Assembly (NCBI GenBank): GCA_048213135.1
Contig: PS015061.1
Location: 178,628 to 242,627 of the forward strand
DNA from: Reclinomonas americana ATCC 50394
Taxonomy: Eukaryota
Direction: 5' to 3'
DNA: 64,000 bases
In this document: positions 62,253-64,000 of the stretch, in pieces
How the letters are laid out: each line of letters begins with the position of its first letter
Numbering within the stretch: position 1 is the first letter of the stretch
Translations under genes and position numbers: made by a program
The notes under the pieces: model-generated
The model's input: the letters and a program-made list of their open reading frames with translations, nothing else
Databases searched by the model: none
Told to the model about the DNA's origin: nothing

Positions 62253-64000
62253 CTATCCCGAGACTGGCGAAGAAGTTACCTTGTCGGCAATGCGACGGGC
62301 AGCCTGTCGCCACCCAGCACCATCGACGGCTGCCGCGCACAAGAGTGAGAAACAGGGTGCGAACTACGCAGCAAAACCAACAAACAAAAAAATGCACACC
62401 AGCTTGCTTCAGTCGCTTCCAGTTGTCTACCAACACGTCGAGCTTGAGCTTCTCCTCGATGAGGTTCTTCTTCTCTTTGAAGAACTGCTTCACCGGTCTG
62501 ATGGTCTTGGTGTCCTGCAGCTTTCTCATCTGTGCGCAGCGGAAATGATGAACACTTTGCTGCCATTCCGTTTTCTTGCACCCGGCGGCACGCAACATTT
62601 CTCTTCAACATCATGGCAATGCCACCGTCACGGCGCAACTCGTCTTGATAGATGCGATGCATGTGCGGACTGGTGATGATGAATGCCAAGTGAGTCAACA
62701 ACGCACACGATGTGATGATGACATCGCATTGACTGGCCACGAAACGTTTCCACGACGCGATTGAACACGAGATGGCAGAAGTGGGCGAACAGAGCCATGA
62801 AAAACACCGACCAACTGTTGGCCAACAGCGCAATCCCGTAGTAGCCGGAGAGTCCATACAGCGAGTCGGGATGGTTGAGATATCTACGACATAGGAGGAA
62901 GGAGGGTGGCATGTTTCTTGAGTTGACGCGACAAACGGCAAGTGACGGCATCGGAGGCGACTCGAACCGGTAGATTCCCGTGTAGATGAGCTTCGGTGGC
63001 AACTCGGTGACAAAAAAGTCGCCATAGTACCTGCGTGGTGCAGCATGCGCCTTTTAGATTCCCTCGAGCACCACCTTCCTCTCTCTTCTCTGTCTTCTCT
63101 CACACACACCATCCAAACAGGCCGAGTGATTTGAGTGCCGACACGGAGCCCCACATATTGACGCCACACAGCAGCTGCATCAAAAAAAGCGCCGCAGTGA
63201 GGGAGTGTACGCACGCGCGCGTCAAACAATGATGGCAGCACACACAGCGCACCAAGCCAGCCAGAGCCTTCCACATGTAGCGCTGGTCCAGAATGTTGGC
63301 CGGGAACTCGGCATACGCCCAGGCGGCCACCACGAAAGAGATGCCGTTCATCGTAAAGGCAATGTTGTAGAGCATCTTCCACGTCTCGAAGGCGTCGCGA
63401 TTCGTCTTGCCCTCGGCTATGAAGCGCTTTGTCCACATGCGCTCCTTGCCCTGGTAGTACAACAGGAAGCCGAGTCCCAGTCCCGAGAACATGCGCCAAA
63501 ACACAAAGTTGCTGTGCGTTGCGCCAGAGTGAGCGCACAGCAGCAAAAGACACATAGTGGTGTGCCAGACGCAACGATAGCAGGAACCACTGCTGCACGG
63601 CCAGGGCACACAGCAGGAGATTGTAGGCCACCACAAACACCAGGCACAGGTCAGAGACTCGGGAGAGCGACAGGTTGAAGAGGAAGATGGACTCGCGCGG
63701 CGACGAAAAGTAGCCGTGTTGCGGATGATAGAGGATGCGCTCACGCTCCGACTCGACCTGCTGGTTGTCGGCGCCCATGGAACCATAAATCTTGTCCATG
63801 TCTGCTCTCATGCACACAGATAAGTGCGTGCTCTCCCAGAGAGTGGGGAACAGAAGACGAGCAAGCAACGCAACGAGGCTCCTCGACCACCATGAGGAAC
63901 ACAAAGTGGCAAAAGTGCACAAAGACGCCGACGTAGAACGGTTCGTACGACAGCGCAAAGAGTGGAGCGCCGTACACAAAGGCGTAGCTGAGGGGCACCA
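62253..64000 (-). CDS. CHO2-like phosphatidylethanolamine N-methyltransferase, 5'-partial (continues beyond the window)
   Basis: FLMVVEEPHMDKIYG, NFVFWRMFSGLGLGFLLYYQGK..WTKRF, AFETWK..YN, SLGLFGWYYGDFF, LIYTGIYRYLNHP, VETPHMHRIY. Confidence 0.85.

Noticed and set aside
1088-64000. Stop-codon reassignment or programmed frameshifting to explain broken ORFs
   Set aside because: The breaks in recognisable genes are resolved by GT-AG or GC-AG introns, and I found no in-frame stops within conserved exons
1-64000. tRNA, rRNA, snRNA genes, AT-AC introns or intact transposons
   Set aside because: None recognisable by eye; a covariance-model search would be needed to exclude small RNAs

Overview
Gene-dense, very intron-rich eukaryotic (protist-like) genomic DNA using the standard genetic code, with two assembly gaps. 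Most ORFs in the six-frame track are artefacts of spliced genes and (CT)n/(GA)n low-complexity introns. I traced about 19 spliced genes by hand: thymidine/pyrimidine-nucleoside phosphorylase, SK-like K+ channel, TANGO2, a small ankyrin protein, an RRM-RRM-VWA-FN3-IFI44-like GTPase-RGG protein, glutathionyl-hydroquinone reductase, COX16, a 5'-nucleotidase-like protein, an ABCG transporter with a large Cys-rich ectodomain, SPIDR-like, profilin-like, C6orf118/TSNAXIP1-like, a divergent CYFIP with a PH domain, a Kelch protein, a CHO2-like methyltransferase and several hypotheticals. The main observation is in the splicing code. About 40 of roughly 170 hand-traced introns (approximate count) begin with GTT(G/T)(C/A)G(T/C), the normal donor consensus displaced by one nucleotide. 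This form is used mainly when the exon does not end in G. All family assignments come from motif recognition by eye, with no database search or transcript evidence.
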